Shown piece by piece: positions 47,357 to 57,857 of a stretch of DNA of 64,000 nt. The notes under the pieces are model-generated. The model was not told where the DNA came from. It searched no databases and was given only the letters and a program-made list of their open reading frames with translations. The stretch lies in NCBI GenBank assembly GCA_028718635.1, contig JAQULK010000001.1, positions 543,834 to 607,833 of the forward strand. The letters run 5' to 3'. Position 1 is the first letter of the stretch, and each line of letters begins with the position of its first letter. The translations under genes were made by a program, and so were the position numbers. Source of the DNA: Minisyncoccota bacterium (GTDB lineage: Bacteria; Patescibacteriota; Minisyncoccia; Phycocordibacterales; UBA9973).

Positions 47357-49105
47357 CTAATACACCTCCCCCTGATAACATTTCTCACAATAAATAATTT
47401 CAGGACGTTCCGGAGCATAACTGGTCTCAAACTCTACAGGGCATTTACCTATATGGGTATGGGTAGTCTTTTCACACATGCAGGCTCTATGCCAAAGCTT
47501 TAAGGGATTCCTTTGTTTCAGTCTTTGGTAATGTCTGCAATTAGGACAGAGATGAGGTAAAGGTAGATTCATTCTTTGGTAGAATTGGAGTTCTGGAGCA
47601 ATGATTTTGAAGGCTTCGGTGCATTGTTCATTGCATTTGCCTTGATGTTCGCATTCTATGACTTTCCCTAGGATGGATTCATCTACGTCTTGGATGTTGT
47701 CCGGAATGTCTGTTGTTTTAATGTCTAGGGTATAGTTTCTTTCTTCTGCATCTTTCCATTGGTAACCTTGTTTTAAAGCTTCTTCTTTGGTTAAAGGAAA
47801 GTATTCTTGAGCGATGGTTTCGTTGTAACAGAAAGGGCTTAATTCTGTTGGAAAGAACTCTCCGTATTTATATACTCTACCCTTTGCATCAATGTAGGGC
47901 ATGTCGTTCATGTGCTGGATGATTTTGGGGACTAGTTCTTCGTATTGTTCTTTGGTGTATTGGTGGTTGAGGATGCAGTAGGATTTGTTGCGGAGGCCGA
48001 CGCAGCCAAATAAATTCGAGCAATTATAACAAATAACAGAATACTGCACATTTTGCGATTCTCTTATCTCGACTGAAAAATTTATTTTAGAAGAAGAAAC
48101 TCCTGCGGCAACACTTTCGTAAATAAGTTCACCACCTACTCCACAAGCAATCCCATCATACATATCTCGCACACCACCTCCTAGCCAAAAAGCAAATTTA
48201 CTATCTTCATTTTTTCCATCTACACAGTCAAAAATATATTTGCAGTTTTTGGCGTCTATAATATAGTCCCCGGTAGTGTTTTGCATGCGTACAAAAGAAG
48301 CAAATTTCTTCGGAAGTTTTAATTTTAAGTCTTCAAATTCTTTTTTGTTTTTAATCAAATTACTGTAATTACCTAATTTTAGCCTATCTATTTCTTTAAT
48401 ATAATCGTCTTTCGTATAGGCAATGTTAAAAACATGATACTGTTTATTTCGCAACCCAACACAACCGAAGCAATTTGAACAATTTTTGCAATCATACATT
48501 AAAAATGATTCCACGCAATTTGAACAATTTTCTCCAAAAAATAATTTATATGAATTTTGACAATTTATGTTTTCATAACAGAATTCGACTTTATCAGTAA
48601 AATAAATATCCACAGAATCTCTAGAACTAAAAGGACGATTACCATAAATAATATTTTCTCCCCATCCGCCACCAAAAGTTAAGTAACAGTTCTTGCTGTC
48701 ATCCATCCAATTTACATATTCACAATTTACATTGTTTTTATTGGTTAGATTGCTTCTGGGAACTTTTAGAAATAAATCATTGAACTGTTCGAAAAAAGTC
48801 TTGGAAAAATCATAATCTCTGCCAAAATCCATCGGTGACCAAGAATCTCCCCACCAATATTTTTGATCATACACTACTCCGCTGCCTGGTGAATAAGCAG
48901 AAAATATTTGTTCTTCGTGGCCTAAGGCATCACATTTTCTCTTATATAAAGTTCTCTCATTCCTAAAATTCATCCGTCTTACCATACGGCAAGACCAACA
49001 CCAGGTCGGGGCTGGAACCTTCATTTTTTTATAAAAACTAAAATCGTCAGAATCAATGGTGAAGTCTTTTTTACAGTTTTGACAGATTTTTGTTTGTGGC
49101 GCCAT
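47357..49105 (-). CDS. Cysteine-rich paralog family protein, copy 5 (582 aa), immediately downstream of dnaJ
   Basis: Full family signature. The C-terminal ~205 aa are virtually identical to copy 1. The start codon is 2 nt after the dnaJ stop. Confidence 0.85.
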   Translation of the reverse strand: MAPQTKICQNCKKDFTIDSDDFSFYKKMKVPAPTWCWSCRMVRRMNFRNERTLYKRKCDALGHEEQIFSAYSPGSGVVYDQKYWWGDSWSPMDFGRDYDFSKTFFEQFNDLFLKVPRSNLTNKNNVNCEYVNWMDDSKNCYLTFGGGWGENIIYGNRPFSSRDSVDIYFTDKVEFCYENINCQNSYKLFFGENCSNCVESFLMYDCKNCSNCFGCVGLRNKQYHVFNIAYTKDDYIKEIDRLKLGNYSNLIKNKKEFEDLKLKLPKKFASFVRMQNTTGDYIIDAKNCKYIFDCVDGKNEDSKFAFWLGGGVRDMYDGIACGVGGELIYESVAAGVSSSKINFSVEIRESQNVQYSVICYNCSNLFGCVGLRNKSYCILNHQYTKEQYEELVPKIIQHMNDMPYIDAKGRVYKYGEFFPTELSPFCYNETIAQEYFPLTKEEALKQGYQWKDAEERNYTLDIKTTDIPDNIQDVDESILGKVIECEHQGKCNEQCTEAFKIIAPELQFYQRMNLPLPHLCPNCRHYQRLKQRNPLKLWHRACMCEKTTHTHIGKCPVEFETSYAPERPEIIYCEKCYQGEVY

Positions 49106-49106
49106 T

Positions 49107-50225
49107 TTATATCCCCTCTTTTTTAAGTTCTTCTATTGTTGCACGAGCTTGACGAGAGAGTTTGGTTGGAAGTTTTATGTTGAGTTTAATTAATAGATCC
49201 CCTCTTTTATTTTTTGCAAAAGGCACACCCTTGCCACGAACGCGCAGGATCTCATTTACAGAAACTCCTTCCGGAATCGTCACTTCGATTTCTCCATCCA
49301 AAGTTTGAATAGGATATTTAGTTCCGAGGAGCGCATCGGAGAGTTTTAAATTCAAATTCATCACTAGGTCATTTCCCTCTCGCTTGAATATAGGATGCGG
49401 AGCCACATTTATTTTTATATAAAGATCCCCCGTAGTGCCTTTAGAAACTGCCTCTCCGTAGCCTGTCATGCGAATCATCTCGCCATCGCGAATGCCGGCT
49501 GGAATGACAATGGAAACTTCTTCCTCGCGACGAAGTACTCCTTTGCCTTTACATTTTTCACAAACTTCTTTCGGCACTTCGCCTGTACCCAGACAGACTT
49601 CGCAAGTTTTCGTACTGGCGATATTTCCAAAAATTGTTCTTTTTGATTCGCGAATGCGTCCCTGTCCATTGCAATTTTTACAGGTTTCCATTTTAGTTCC
49701 AGGTTTCGCGCCGGAACCTTTACAAGTCTCGCAGGTGGAAGTTTTGGTAATTAAAACTTTTCTGGTTACGCCAAAGATAGAATCAGCGAAAGAAATTTGA
49801 ATCTCCGTAGAGATATCTCTGCCTCGACGCGCTTCTTGTCTTCCTCCGCCCATTCCGCCTCCGAAGAAATCACTGAAAATATCATTGAGGTCAAACTCGG
49901 CAGAACCGTTTTGAAAACCGCCAAAGCCCTGCCCAGAAAAATTACTGAAATCAAAACCACCGAAGCCACCTTGCCTTGGGTCGCCGTAGCCTCCGGCAGA
50001 GGCACCTCCCATATTTTCAAAACCTGATCCGAATTGATCATACTTTGAACGCTTGGCGTCGTCGGAAAGCACTTGATAAGCTTCGTTGGCTTGCTTAAAT
50101 TTTGCTTCATTACCGCCCTTTTTATCAGGGTGATATTTCTGCGCCAACTTATAAAAAGCCTTCTTGATTTCATCTTTAGAGGCAGTTTTATTCACACCTA
50201 AAATGTCATAATAGTCTTTATTCAT
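49107..50225 (-). CDS. dnaJ: Chaperone DnaJ
   Basis: J-domain (DYYDILGV...HPDK), G/F-rich linker and four CxxCxGxG zinc-finger repeats; 372 aa. Confidence 0.9.
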   Translation of the reverse strand: MNKDYYDILGVNKTASKDEIKKAFYKLAQKYHPDKKGGNEAKFKQANEAYQVLSDDAKRSKYDQFGSGFENMGGASAGGYGDPRQGGFGGFDFSNFSGQGFGGFQNGSAEFDLNDIFSDFFGGGMGGGRQEARRGRDISTEIQISFADSIFGVTRKVLITKTSTCETCKGSGAKPGTKMETCKNCNGQGRIRESKRTIFGNIASTKTCEVCLGTGEVPKEVCEKCKGKGVLRREEEVSIVIPAGIRDGEMIRMTGYGEAVSKGTTGDLYIKINVAPHPIFKREGNDLVMNLNLKLSDALLGTKYPIQTLDGEIEVTIPEGVSVNEILRVRGKGVPFAKNKRGDLLIKLNIKLPTKLSRQARATIEELKKEGI

Positions 50226-50240
50226 AACATTATTCGACTA

Positions 50241-51755
50241 TTATATCATAGGCTCAGCCTCTTGTGAAGTTTTAGTTTCTATTTTTTGATTATTTTCCTT
50301 AATCTCTGATTCTTCAGATATTTCTTCTCCCCTTTCTTTTGCTTTTCTTTTAGCTTTTCCTTCAATAATAGCCTTTTCTTCCGCACTTCGAATGATGGTA
50401 GCTTCTTCTTCAGCGATAAGTTTTGCCGCATCGTCTTTTGAAATTGAGTACTTCCTACGCGAGGCATCAACAATTTCTTTTCTATAAGACGGATGTGTGG
50501 GCGCTAAAACCCGCAAGGTCTCAGCGGAAAATGGATCATAAGATTCTCCATCGATGGTCATCTTGATATAAATTTCTCCTACTGCGAGATTGATCATATC
50601 TTTCACATCAAAGAGTGGCGCAAATTCTGGTTTCATTTTGACGGCATCTTCACCACCAACACGAAAAGTAATGATACTACCGCAATTTCCGAGCACTGCC
50701 TGATGAACTTTCGTAATAATTTGGCCCACATACTGGTGGGCGATAGTTAAGTTTAATCCGTACTTTCTAGCCTCGGATAATATATTTTCAAAAGTTTGGG
50801 TGACGACATTTTGGAACTCATCTACGTATAAATAAAAATCTGTGCGGTCTTTTTCCGGAATAGCCGCACGTTCCATGCCGGCTTGTTTTATTTTTGTCAA
50901 AAACATTGAACCCAAAAAGGAAGAATTTTCTTCTCCAAGTCGGCCCTTGGAAAGGTTGATGAAAATTATTTTTCCTTCATTCATCAGCTTACTGATATCA
51001 ATCTTATTCTGTTTCTGACCGAAAATATTTCGAAGTAATGGATCGGAAAGAAATTGGCCGAGCTTGTTTACGAGCGGGATGATAGCGTCCGTATCGAATT
51101 TCTCCGACCAGTCGGCAAATTCTATAGCGAAGAATCTTTTGACCATATCGTCGGTAATATATTCCACCACTTTTTGCCTGTAATTCCTGTCAGTCAACAT
51201 TGAGATCATCCCACGCATAGTAGCATGCGGATAATCAAGCAAGGCCAAACAAGTAAAACGAAAAACGTGCTCCAGACGAGGAGTCCAGTTGGCTCCGAAT
51301 TGCTTTTGAAATACTTCGATCAATCCTTGGGTCAATTGGAATTTAAACATCGGATCGACATTTGCGAGCGGATTGAAAGAAGCTGGAAAATCAATATCTG
51401 GCGGATCTATAATGCAGACATCTTCTATACGTTCTTTTGGTATATAGTCCAGCATCGCGTCAATCACATCGCCGTGCGGATCGATCAGGCACAAGCCATG
51501 ACCATAAGTCACATCTTGCCTGAGCATGAGTTCTAGAAGTTTCGTTTTACCAACACCAGACTTTCCGATGATATAAAGATGTCTTCGTCTATCTATTCTT
51601 TTTATTCCAAAAATAAATTTTTTCTCTTCTAAAGAAGCAACGTAATTTGTCCGTCCGATAAAAGAAACTTCAGCCGGATCTACTTTGCCGAACACAGGCA
51701 GTTCTGGTGGTGGTGGTCCGTATTTTATTATTTGCACTCGATTCGGCTTGGGCAT
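50241..51755 (-). CDS. P-loop ATPase of the TraD/VirD4 (type IV coupling protein)/FtsK-HerA superfamily, paralog 1 (504 aa)
   Basis: Walker A IIGKSGVGKT, Walker B LYVDEFQNV, and a C-terminal EARKYGLNLTIAHQYVGQI motif resembling the TraD/TraG C-terminal domain. Acidic/Lys-rich tail. Confidence 0.6.
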   Translation of the reverse strand: MPKPNRVQIIKYGPPPPELPVFGKVDPAEVSFIGRTNYVASLEEKKFIFGIKRIDRRRHLYIIGKSGVGKTKLLELMLRQDVTYGHGLCLIDPHGDVIDAMLDYIPKERIEDVCIIDPPDIDFPASFNPLANVDPMFKFQLTQGLIEVFQKQFGANWTPRLEHVFRFTCLALLDYPHATMRGMISMLTDRNYRQKVVEYITDDMVKRFFAIEFADWSEKFDTDAIIPLVNKLGQFLSDPLLRNIFGQKQNKIDISKLMNEGKIIFINLSKGRLGEENSSFLGSMFLTKIKQAGMERAAIPEKDRTDFYLYVDEFQNVVTQTFENILSEARKYGLNLTIAHQYVGQIITKVHQAVLGNCGSIITFRVGGEDAVKMKPEFAPLFDVKDMINLAVGEIYIKMTIDGESYDPFSAETLRVLAPTHPSYRKEIVDASRRKYSISKDDAAKLIAEEEATIIRSAEEKAIIEGKAKRKAKERGEEISEESEIKENNQKIETKTSQEAEPMI

Positions 51756-51849
51756 AACTAGATATATTTTAGCATAATTTAGGCTTAATTACATTCAAAA
51801 ATAAAATTTTCTATAAAACTAGACGACCGCATTGTTTTATAGTATGAAA

Positions 51850-53586
51850 TTAATATACCTCCTGCTGATAGCATTTTTCACAATACACTATCTCAGGCCG
51901 ATCTGGAGCATAACTCGTCTCAAATTCTACTTCGCATTTTTTAGTTCCGTGAGAATGATTGGTCTTGTCGCACATACACTGCCTGTGCCAAAGTTTTAAT
52001 GGATTAACTTTTTTAAATCTCTCCTGATGCCTGCACTCAAAACATTTTCTAGGCAATGGCAACTTAAATTTTTTCAAAAAAAGATATTCGTTTTGAATAA
52101 TTTTATAAGGTCTTTTGCAGGAAGCGCATTCAATAACTAAATTAATGATATCCTCCTCAGTATTATTGATATGATCTGGTAAATCCTTCGCTTCACAAGT
52201 AGCACTGTATTCTGGTTTGGCCTTCTCGATATAGTTGTAACCTTCATTTAAAATATTTTCCTTAGAAAATGGAAAATAATCTTGCGCAACGGTTTCATTA
52301 TAACCAAAAGGAGAAAGCTCTATTGGAAAATATTCACCATAAGAATATGAATTCCCCTTTTTATCAAAATAAGGCACCTTCGCCATCTGCTCAATAATCT
52401 GTAACCGTAATTCTTCAAATTTTTCTTTAGAATACTGTTTGTTAAAAATACAATAACTTTTATTTCGAAGACCTACACAACCAAAAATATTATTACAACC
52501 ATGACAATTAAAACAATATTCAGCATTTAAACACTCCCAAACTGTTAAGGTGAATAATTGTCTAGACCCATAAACCCCAGAATCCATAGCCTCATAAATC
52601 AATTCTGATTTTTCTCCCGTACCATAAGCGTCATAACTATCTTTTTCACCATTAACCGCGTTAATCACATATTTACAATCTTTCATATCATCTTGAATGG
52701 CAAAGCAATGATGACAATTTTTGGCATGAAAAATATCATCTCCAGAAACATCGACAGAATTTATAATGTTAGCAAATCTTCTGATGGTCTTTAATTTTAG
52801 CTTTTCAAATTCTTCGCTTACTTTTTTAAAATTTTCAAAATTTCCGAGATCTAATTCTTTAAGCTTTTTATCGTACTCTTCTTTGGTCAATTGAACATTC
52901 CACATACAATTAGACTTATTGCGGAGACCAGTGCAACCAAAACAATTTATGCAGTTTTTGCAATCGTAAAGAAAATATGAGCTAGTGCAAGAGTCTGCAT
53001 TATGAGAAAAAAAGGTTTCATAACATTTCAAGGAAGAAACATCTTCATAACAGAATTCGCAATCCTTTACTGTAAACATATCCATGCAATCTTTGCAGGA
53101 ATTGGCGCGCGAGGAATAAGAAATATTCTCGCCTATCCAAGATGCCGATACAAGAAAGGAATTTCTGAATTCGCCGATATAATTGCCATAGGAAGTATTG
53201 ACGCATCTTCCGATAAAAAGGTTTGGTTGAGGAGTTTTTTCCAACAACTCTCGAAATTGCTCAAAGAATAGCCTATTAAAATCATATTCTAAACCATAGT
53301 CCAAAGGATCCCACTCATCGCTCCACCAGATATCTCTCTCATAAATAGTAAATGGGGAATCCGATGAAAAACAACTGATCAGACTCTTGCCAGTTTTTGC
53401 GCATTTATTCCTGTGCAACGCACGTTCGTTTCGCCAAGCAAAACGCCTTTGCATTCGACAATCAGAACAAAAAGTAGGCGGTGGCACTTTTATTTTTTCG
53501 TAAAAATTAAAATCTTCTTGTTCTATCAGAAAATTTTGTTTACAATTTTGACAATTTTTTGTTTCTGCATTCATAAAATTTCTCAA
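51850..53586 (-). CDS. Cysteine-rich paralog family protein, copy 6 (578 aa), between the two ATPase paralogs
   Basis: Family signature at both termini (CQNCKQNFLIEQEDFNFYEKIKVPPPTFCSDCR ... CEVEFETSYAPDRPEIVYCEKCYQQEVY). Confidence 0.85.
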   Translation of the reverse strand: MRNFMNAETKNCQNCKQNFLIEQEDFNFYEKIKVPPPTFCSDCRMQRRFAWRNERALHRNKCAKTGKSLISCFSSDSPFTIYERDIWWSDEWDPLDYGLEYDFNRLFFEQFRELLEKTPQPNLFIGRCVNTSYGNYIGEFRNSFLVSASWIGENISYSSRANSCKDCMDMFTVKDCEFCYEDVSSLKCYETFFSHNADSCTSSYFLYDCKNCINCFGCTGLRNKSNCMWNVQLTKEEYDKKLKELDLGNFENFKKVSEEFEKLKLKTIRRFANIINSVDVSGDDIFHAKNCHHCFAIQDDMKDCKYVINAVNGEKDSYDAYGTGEKSELIYEAMDSGVYGSRQLFTLTVWECLNAEYCFNCHGCNNIFGCVGLRNKSYCIFNKQYSKEKFEELRLQIIEQMAKVPYFDKKGNSYSYGEYFPIELSPFGYNETVAQDYFPFSKENILNEGYNYIEKAKPEYSATCEAKDLPDHINNTEEDIINLVIECASCKRPYKIIQNEYLFLKKFKLPLPRKCFECRHQERFKKVNPLKLWHRQCMCDKTNHSHGTKKCEVEFETSYAPDRPEIVYCEKCYQQEVY

Positions 53587-53647
53587 CTCGCCTCACCCCT
53601 TGCTTTCCCCTCTCCATTACTATGGAGAGGGGCTGGGGAGAGGTTTT

Positions 53648-55792
53648 CTATTCTAAAATTTTTCTTAAAACATCTTCTGGTACTTCCCTCGGCTGTAGCC
53701 CTCCTACGGGCGAAGCTGGTGTTTTTGGCTTTTGGGGAGTTTCTTCCCCTCCTTGTGAAGGAGGGGTGCCTGCCTGCCGGTCAGGCAGGGCTTCAGCCGG
53801 GGTGGTGATTTTTTTCGTAATCAAATCTTTTAATTTATTCATATTTTCCGGAGTAGCTGCGCGGTCAACACCTATTGGACTGACAGGCTTTTTTACTTCC
53901 CTCGGCTGTAGCCCGCCTATGGGCGAAGCTTGCATTTTATTTTTTAGAGAATCAAGTGAAATGGGAGTAGGTGTGGAAACAGGCGTTGGTGTGGATTTAG
54001 TTTCTTCTACTACTACTTTATTTAAAACTTCTCTTAATGCTGAATTGTCCCCATTTACTCGTTTCACAGGAGCTCCACTAATGCGAGCTGGATAAACGGG
54101 TTTGACTTTAACTGGAACTTTTTTAGTAAAAACTTTTTTTATAGACTTAAATACACTAGGCTTGCTTGCTAAAGCAATATCTTTTTCTCCTCTTTCTTGA
54201 TATCTATGTTCTTCTTCAACTCCTCCATTCTTTTGTTTAAATTCTATACCTAAATCAGCCAATGGTTTATAAAATTTAGATTCATCATACTTAATTTGAT
54301 CTTGCCCCCTTTTTTCCACCTTAACTTCTCCAGATTTTATTTTTGCTATACATTCCTTACAATAAACTGCTCGGCCTGGTTCAGGCTTGAAAGGTACCGT
54401 CTTTTCTAACTTACAAAGAGAACAAATTACGGGAAACTTTTCCAAATTTCCATTTCCGTTAGTGTCAGGATAATTGCCCAAGGACATTCCGCTCCAGTTA
54501 TTGATTTCTCTTTCCACTGCCTCGCGAGGCCTACAATAAAGATCCCGGGATGATTTTATTACCTCTTCTTCTATTTTTTTATTACCCGACTTTACTATCG
54601 GAGGCAAAGTCCTAGCGGAAAATGGACGGGAGGTCACGCCATCGATCATCAACTTCAGATAAATTTTATAGTTTGGCAAGTTTACAATATCAGAAGGAGT
54701 GAATTCTGGATCAAATTCTTTTTCTAAAAAGTCTGCATCGTCCGAGCCGACCCTAAAAACTATCATTGTGCCGACGTTACCAAAAACAGCATCACGCACC
54801 GCAGAACTCTTATCAGAAATAAGTTGCGCAGTGTACTGGTGCGCCACCGTCAAATTCAGCCTGTATTTTCTAGCTTCAGACAAAATACCCGCAAAAGCAT
54901 CCGTCACAAAGTTTTGGAATTCGTCGACATAAAGGTAAAAGTCTTTGCGGTATTCCTCAGGGATGCGCACTCGTTCCATCGCGGCTAGTTGAATCTTGGT
55001 AATGATCATTCCTCCTAATAGCCCGGAATTGTCTTCACCGATTCGTCCCTTGGAAACATTCACGAGAAAAATCTTCCCGTCATTCATAATGTCGAAAATG
55101 TTGATCGTACTTACAGATTGGCCGACGACATTGCGGATAATCGAGGTCGAAAGAAATTGCCCGACTTTGTTTTGAATCGGCGCGATGGCCTCATTTCTGA
55201 ATTTATCCTGCCAAGCTTCATACTCATGGACCCAGAAGGCTTTTATAACCGGATCTTTTAGATTAGAAATTATTTTCTGGCGGTAATCTTTGTCTACAAG
55301 CATTCGGGGAATTCCAAGCAGGGTCGTTCCCGGAGTATCGAGCAATGCCAAAATACAATTATTTAAAATATATTCCATTCGGGCACTCCAAGCGTTCGCC
55401 CAGATTTTCGTAAAAATACCCATGAGTCCGGACGCTACCAGATGCTTATATTGCGGATCAATTAATTCCAAAACATTAAAACCGATATGATAATCCGTGT
55501 CTGCCGGATTAAAATAAACTACATCTTTCATTCGCTCCGGCGGAATAGCAGAAAGGACGCCTTCGACGAGTTCTCCGTGCGGATCGACTACGCAGACTCC
55601 TTCGCCGTTCTGAATATTCTGAACTATCATATTAAACATCAAGGCAGATTTACCGGTACCGGACTTTCCGAGAATATAAACATGCTGACGCCTGTCCTTG
55701 CGTTTGATGCCAAAGAGTTGATTTTTGTCGCGAAAAGATGTGAGCCCAAGATAAGTAATATCTCTATTTTTTGGTATTTCTGGCAGTTCCAT
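53648..55792 (-). CDS. TraD/VirD4-like P-loop ATPase, paralog 2, with C-terminal zinc ribbon and Pro-rich repeat tail (714 aa)
   Basis: The N-terminal ~440 aa are homologous to paralog 1 (ILGKSGTGKS, LYVDEFQNFV, EARKYRLNLTVAHQY). This is followed by CSLCK...YCKECIAK and a tandem SPIGGLQPREV-containing tail. An in-frame GC palindrome lies at 53768-53791. Confidence 0.6.
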   Translation of the reverse strand: MELPEIPKNRDITYLGLTSFRDKNQLFGIKRKDRRQHVYILGKSGTGKSALMFNMIVQNIQNGEGVCVVDPHGELVEGVLSAIPPERMKDVVYFNPADTDYHIGFNVLELIDPQYKHLVASGLMGIFTKIWANAWSARMEYILNNCILALLDTPGTTLLGIPRMLVDKDYRQKIISNLKDPVIKAFWVHEYEAWQDKFRNEAIAPIQNKVGQFLSTSIIRNVVGQSVSTINIFDIMNDGKIFLVNVSKGRIGEDNSGLLGGMIITKIQLAAMERVRIPEEYRKDFYLYVDEFQNFVTDAFAGILSEARKYRLNLTVAHQYTAQLISDKSSAVRDAVFGNVGTMIVFRVGSDDADFLEKEFDPEFTPSDIVNLPNYKIYLKLMIDGVTSRPFSARTLPPIVKSGNKKIEEEVIKSSRDLYCRPREAVEREINNWSGMSLGNYPDTNGNGNLEKFPVICSLCKLEKTVPFKPEPGRAVYCKECIAKIKSGEVKVEKRGQDQIKYDESKFYKPLADLGIEFKQKNGGVEEEHRYQERGEKDIALASKPSVFKSIKKVFTKKVPVKVKPVYPARISGAPVKRVNGDNSALREVLNKVVVEETKSTPTPVSTPTPISLDSLKNKMQASPIGGLQPREVKKPVSPIGVDRAATPENMNKLKDLITKKITTPAEALPDRQAGTPPSQGGEETPQKPKTPASPVGGLQPREVPEDVLRKILE

Positions 55793-55816
55793 ATAGTTAT
55801 TATTTTACAACAAAAT

Positions 55817-55851
55817 CACAAAAACAAAAAGCCCCTTGAAGGGGCTTTTTG
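55817..55851 (-). terminator. Rho-independent terminator downstream of dnaK (AAAGCCCC-TTGAA-GGGGCTTT, T-runs on both strands)
   Basis: 8-bp GC-rich stem. The minus-strand transcript continues into TTTTTGTTTTTG. Confidence 0.65.
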
Positions 55852-55854
55852 TAG

Positions 55855-57759
55855 TTACGCCTTAGGCTCTTCGCCTTCAGGACCTTTTTCTTTAAACTCA
55901 GCGTCTTTGACTTCGGCTGGTTGTTCTTCGGGAGTTCCAGCTGGAGGAGTTTCGGTCCCTGCCTTTGCCATTGCTTCTCCTATCTTAGACATTTCAGCAG
56001 AAAGTTCTTCAGTGGCTTTTTTGATCGCCTCTCCATCGGTGCCATCTTTCACCCCTCGCAACGCAGTTATCTTTGCATTCACTTCATCTTTTAATTCTGC
56101 AGGAATTTTTGCTTCATTGTCTTTGAGCGCTTTTTCTGCAGTGTAAATTATCATCTCTGCAGTGTTTTTCACTTCTGCATTTTCTTTCTTTTTCTTATCC
56201 TCTTCAGCATGAAGCTCTGCATCAGCTTGCATTTTCTTGATGTCTTCTTCCTTGAGCCCGGAACTGGCTTCGATTTTAATTGATTGAGTTTTTCCAGATG
56301 CTTTATCTTTTGCAGAAACGTTTAGGATTCCATTTACATCCACATCAAAAGCAACTTCAATCTGGGGCATGCCACGAGGAGCTGGTGGAACTCCATCTAA
56401 AATAAATCGGCCTAGAGATTTGTTGTCAGATGCCATCGGGCGTTCTCCTTGCACAATATGTATTTCTACAGAAGTTTGATTGTCAGCAGCAGTAGAAAAT
56501 GTTTGGGACTTACTCGAAGGAATAGTGGTATTTCTTTCAATTAATTTTGTAGCCACTCCTCCTAAAGTCTCAATCCCTAAGGATAGAGGAATCACATCCA
56601 GAAGCAACACATCACGAACATCCCCTTGCAACACGCCTGCTTGGACGGCTGCACCGAGCGCCACGACTTCATCAGGGTTAATAGACATATTTGGAACTTT
56701 GCCGAAAAGATTTTGTACTGCAGAAACTATGGCTGGCATTCTCGTCTGACCGCCCACCATGATAATTTCATTAATTTCATTCATCTTAAATGGAGAAGCG
56801 GAAAGAGCTCTTTTAGTAATTTCAATGGATCGATCTATGTATTCCTTAGCAAGAGATTCCAACATCGCACGAGACATCTTGAGCAATAAATGCTTTGGAC
56901 CAGAAGCATCAGAAGTAATAAAAGGAATATTTATTTCAGTTTCCGTAGTGGTAGAAAGTTCATGCTTAGCTTTTTCGGCAGCTTCTTTTAGTCTTTGGTG
57001 CGCCAGAGGATCTTTGATCACATCAATACCAGATTCTTTTTTATATTCTTCAGCTATCCACCCTATTATTTTTCTATCAATATCCCCTCCGCCCATATGG
57101 CTGTCTCCATCGGTGGATTTAACTTCAATAACGTCATCGCCTATTTCTAATACAGACACATCAAAAGTTCCTCCGCCGAAATCGTAAACAACTATCTTTT
57201 CATTTTTCTTTTTATTAAATCCATAAGCAAGCGCTGCAGCCGTTGGTTCGTTGATGATACGCTTTACATCGAGCCCAGCGATAGCTCCTGCATCTTTGGT
57301 CGCTTTTCTTTGGGCATCATTAAAATATGCTGGAACTGTTATTATAGCCTCAGTAATTTTTTCTCCTAACTTTGCTTCAACGTCGGCTTTTATTTTTTGT
57401 AGAATAATCGCGGAAATTTCTTCTGGTCGATAAAACTTATCTGCCATTTTTATTTTTACTCCGCCTCCATCTCCCGCTTCAATTTTAAATGAAGCTGTTT
57501 CGCGATCCTTTTGCACTTCTGGATCATCAAATCGATGTCCCATATAGCGTTTTATTTCAGCAATGGTGTTTTCTGGATTTGTAACCGCTTGTCTTTTTGC
57601 TAAAAGGCCGACGATGCGATCTCCATTTTTTGCAGTCGCTACGACAGAGGGTGTCGTACGATTGCCTTCTACATTCTCTATAATCTTCGGTGCACCGCCT
57701 TCAATGACAGCTACTGCCGAATTTGTTGTTCCTAAATCTATACCTATTATTTTTGACAT
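55855..57759 (-). CDS. dnaK: Chaperone DnaK (Hsp70)
   Basis: [35 protein letters not shown] Hsp70 signatures; 634 aa. Confidence 0.95.
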   Translation of the reverse strand: MSKIIGIDLGTTNSAVAVIEGGAPKIIENVEGNRTTPSVVATAKNGDRIVGLLAKRQAVTNPENTIAEIKRYMGHRFDDPEVQKDRETASFKIEAGDGGGVKIKMADKFYRPEEISAIILQKIKADVEAKLGEKITEAIITVPAYFNDAQRKATKDAGAIAGLDVKRIINEPTAAALAYGFNKKKNEKIVVYDFGGGTFDVSVLEIGDDVIEVKSTDGDSHMGGGDIDRKIIGWIAEEYKKESGIDVIKDPLAHQRLKEAAEKAKHELSTTTETEINIPFITSDASGPKHLLLKMSRAMLESLAKEYIDRSIEITKRALSASPFKMNEINEIIMVGGQTRMPAIVSAVQNLFGKVPNMSINPDEVVALGAAVQAGVLQGDVRDVLLLDVIPLSLGIETLGGVATKLIERNTTIPSSKSQTFSTAADNQTSVEIHIVQGERPMASDNKSLGRFILDGVPPAPRGMPQIEVAFDVDVNGILNVSAKDKASGKTQSIKIEASSGLKEEDIKKMQADAELHAEEDKKKKENAEVKNTAEMIIYTAEKALKDNEAKIPAELKDEVNAKITALRGVKDGTDGEAIKKATEELSAEMSKIGEAMAKAGTETPPAGTPEEQPAEVKDAEFKEKGPEGEEPKA

Positions 57760-57857
57760 ATATTTTATAAGGTTAATTTATAATTTTTAATAATTTACTA
57801 ATATTTCGCGACCACTAAAAACTTGTATAAACAGAGTATATATGATAACATATATCC

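Noticed and set aside
17249-48005. The identical ~620-bp block could indicate an integrated mobile element or IS shared between two loci
   Set aside because: The block is entirely internal to two homologous genes, in frame and in the same relative position. No transposase, terminal inverted repeats or target duplication are present. Gene conversion between paralogs explains it better.
53600-54000. Possible CRISPR-like or tandem repeat array in GC-rich DNA
   Set aside because: The repeats are two ~55-nt coding direct repeats (SPIGGLQPREV) about 210 bp apart plus a palindrome. There is no regular repeat-spacer periodicity and no cas genes.
53413-54095. Two overlapping plus-strand ORFs (131 and 157 aa) with Gly/Pro/Cys-rich products
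   Set aside because: They lie antisense to the Pro-rich repeat tail of ATPase paralog 2, and their open frames are created by the GC-rich tandem repeat. Not independent genes.
50241-55792. The two TraD/VirD4-like ATPases as evidence of a conjugative element or T4SS island
   Set aside because: No relaxase, VirB4/VirB-type components, integrase or other conjugation genes occur nearby. The ATPases are embedded between dnaJ, dnaK and Cys-rich genes, so a system-specific role is more likely. Retained as a caveat in the findings.
55487-56146. Plus-strand 219-aa ORF spanning the ATPase-2/dnaK junction
   Set aside because: It lies antisense to both genes and crosses an obvious terminator hairpin. 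No plausible product.
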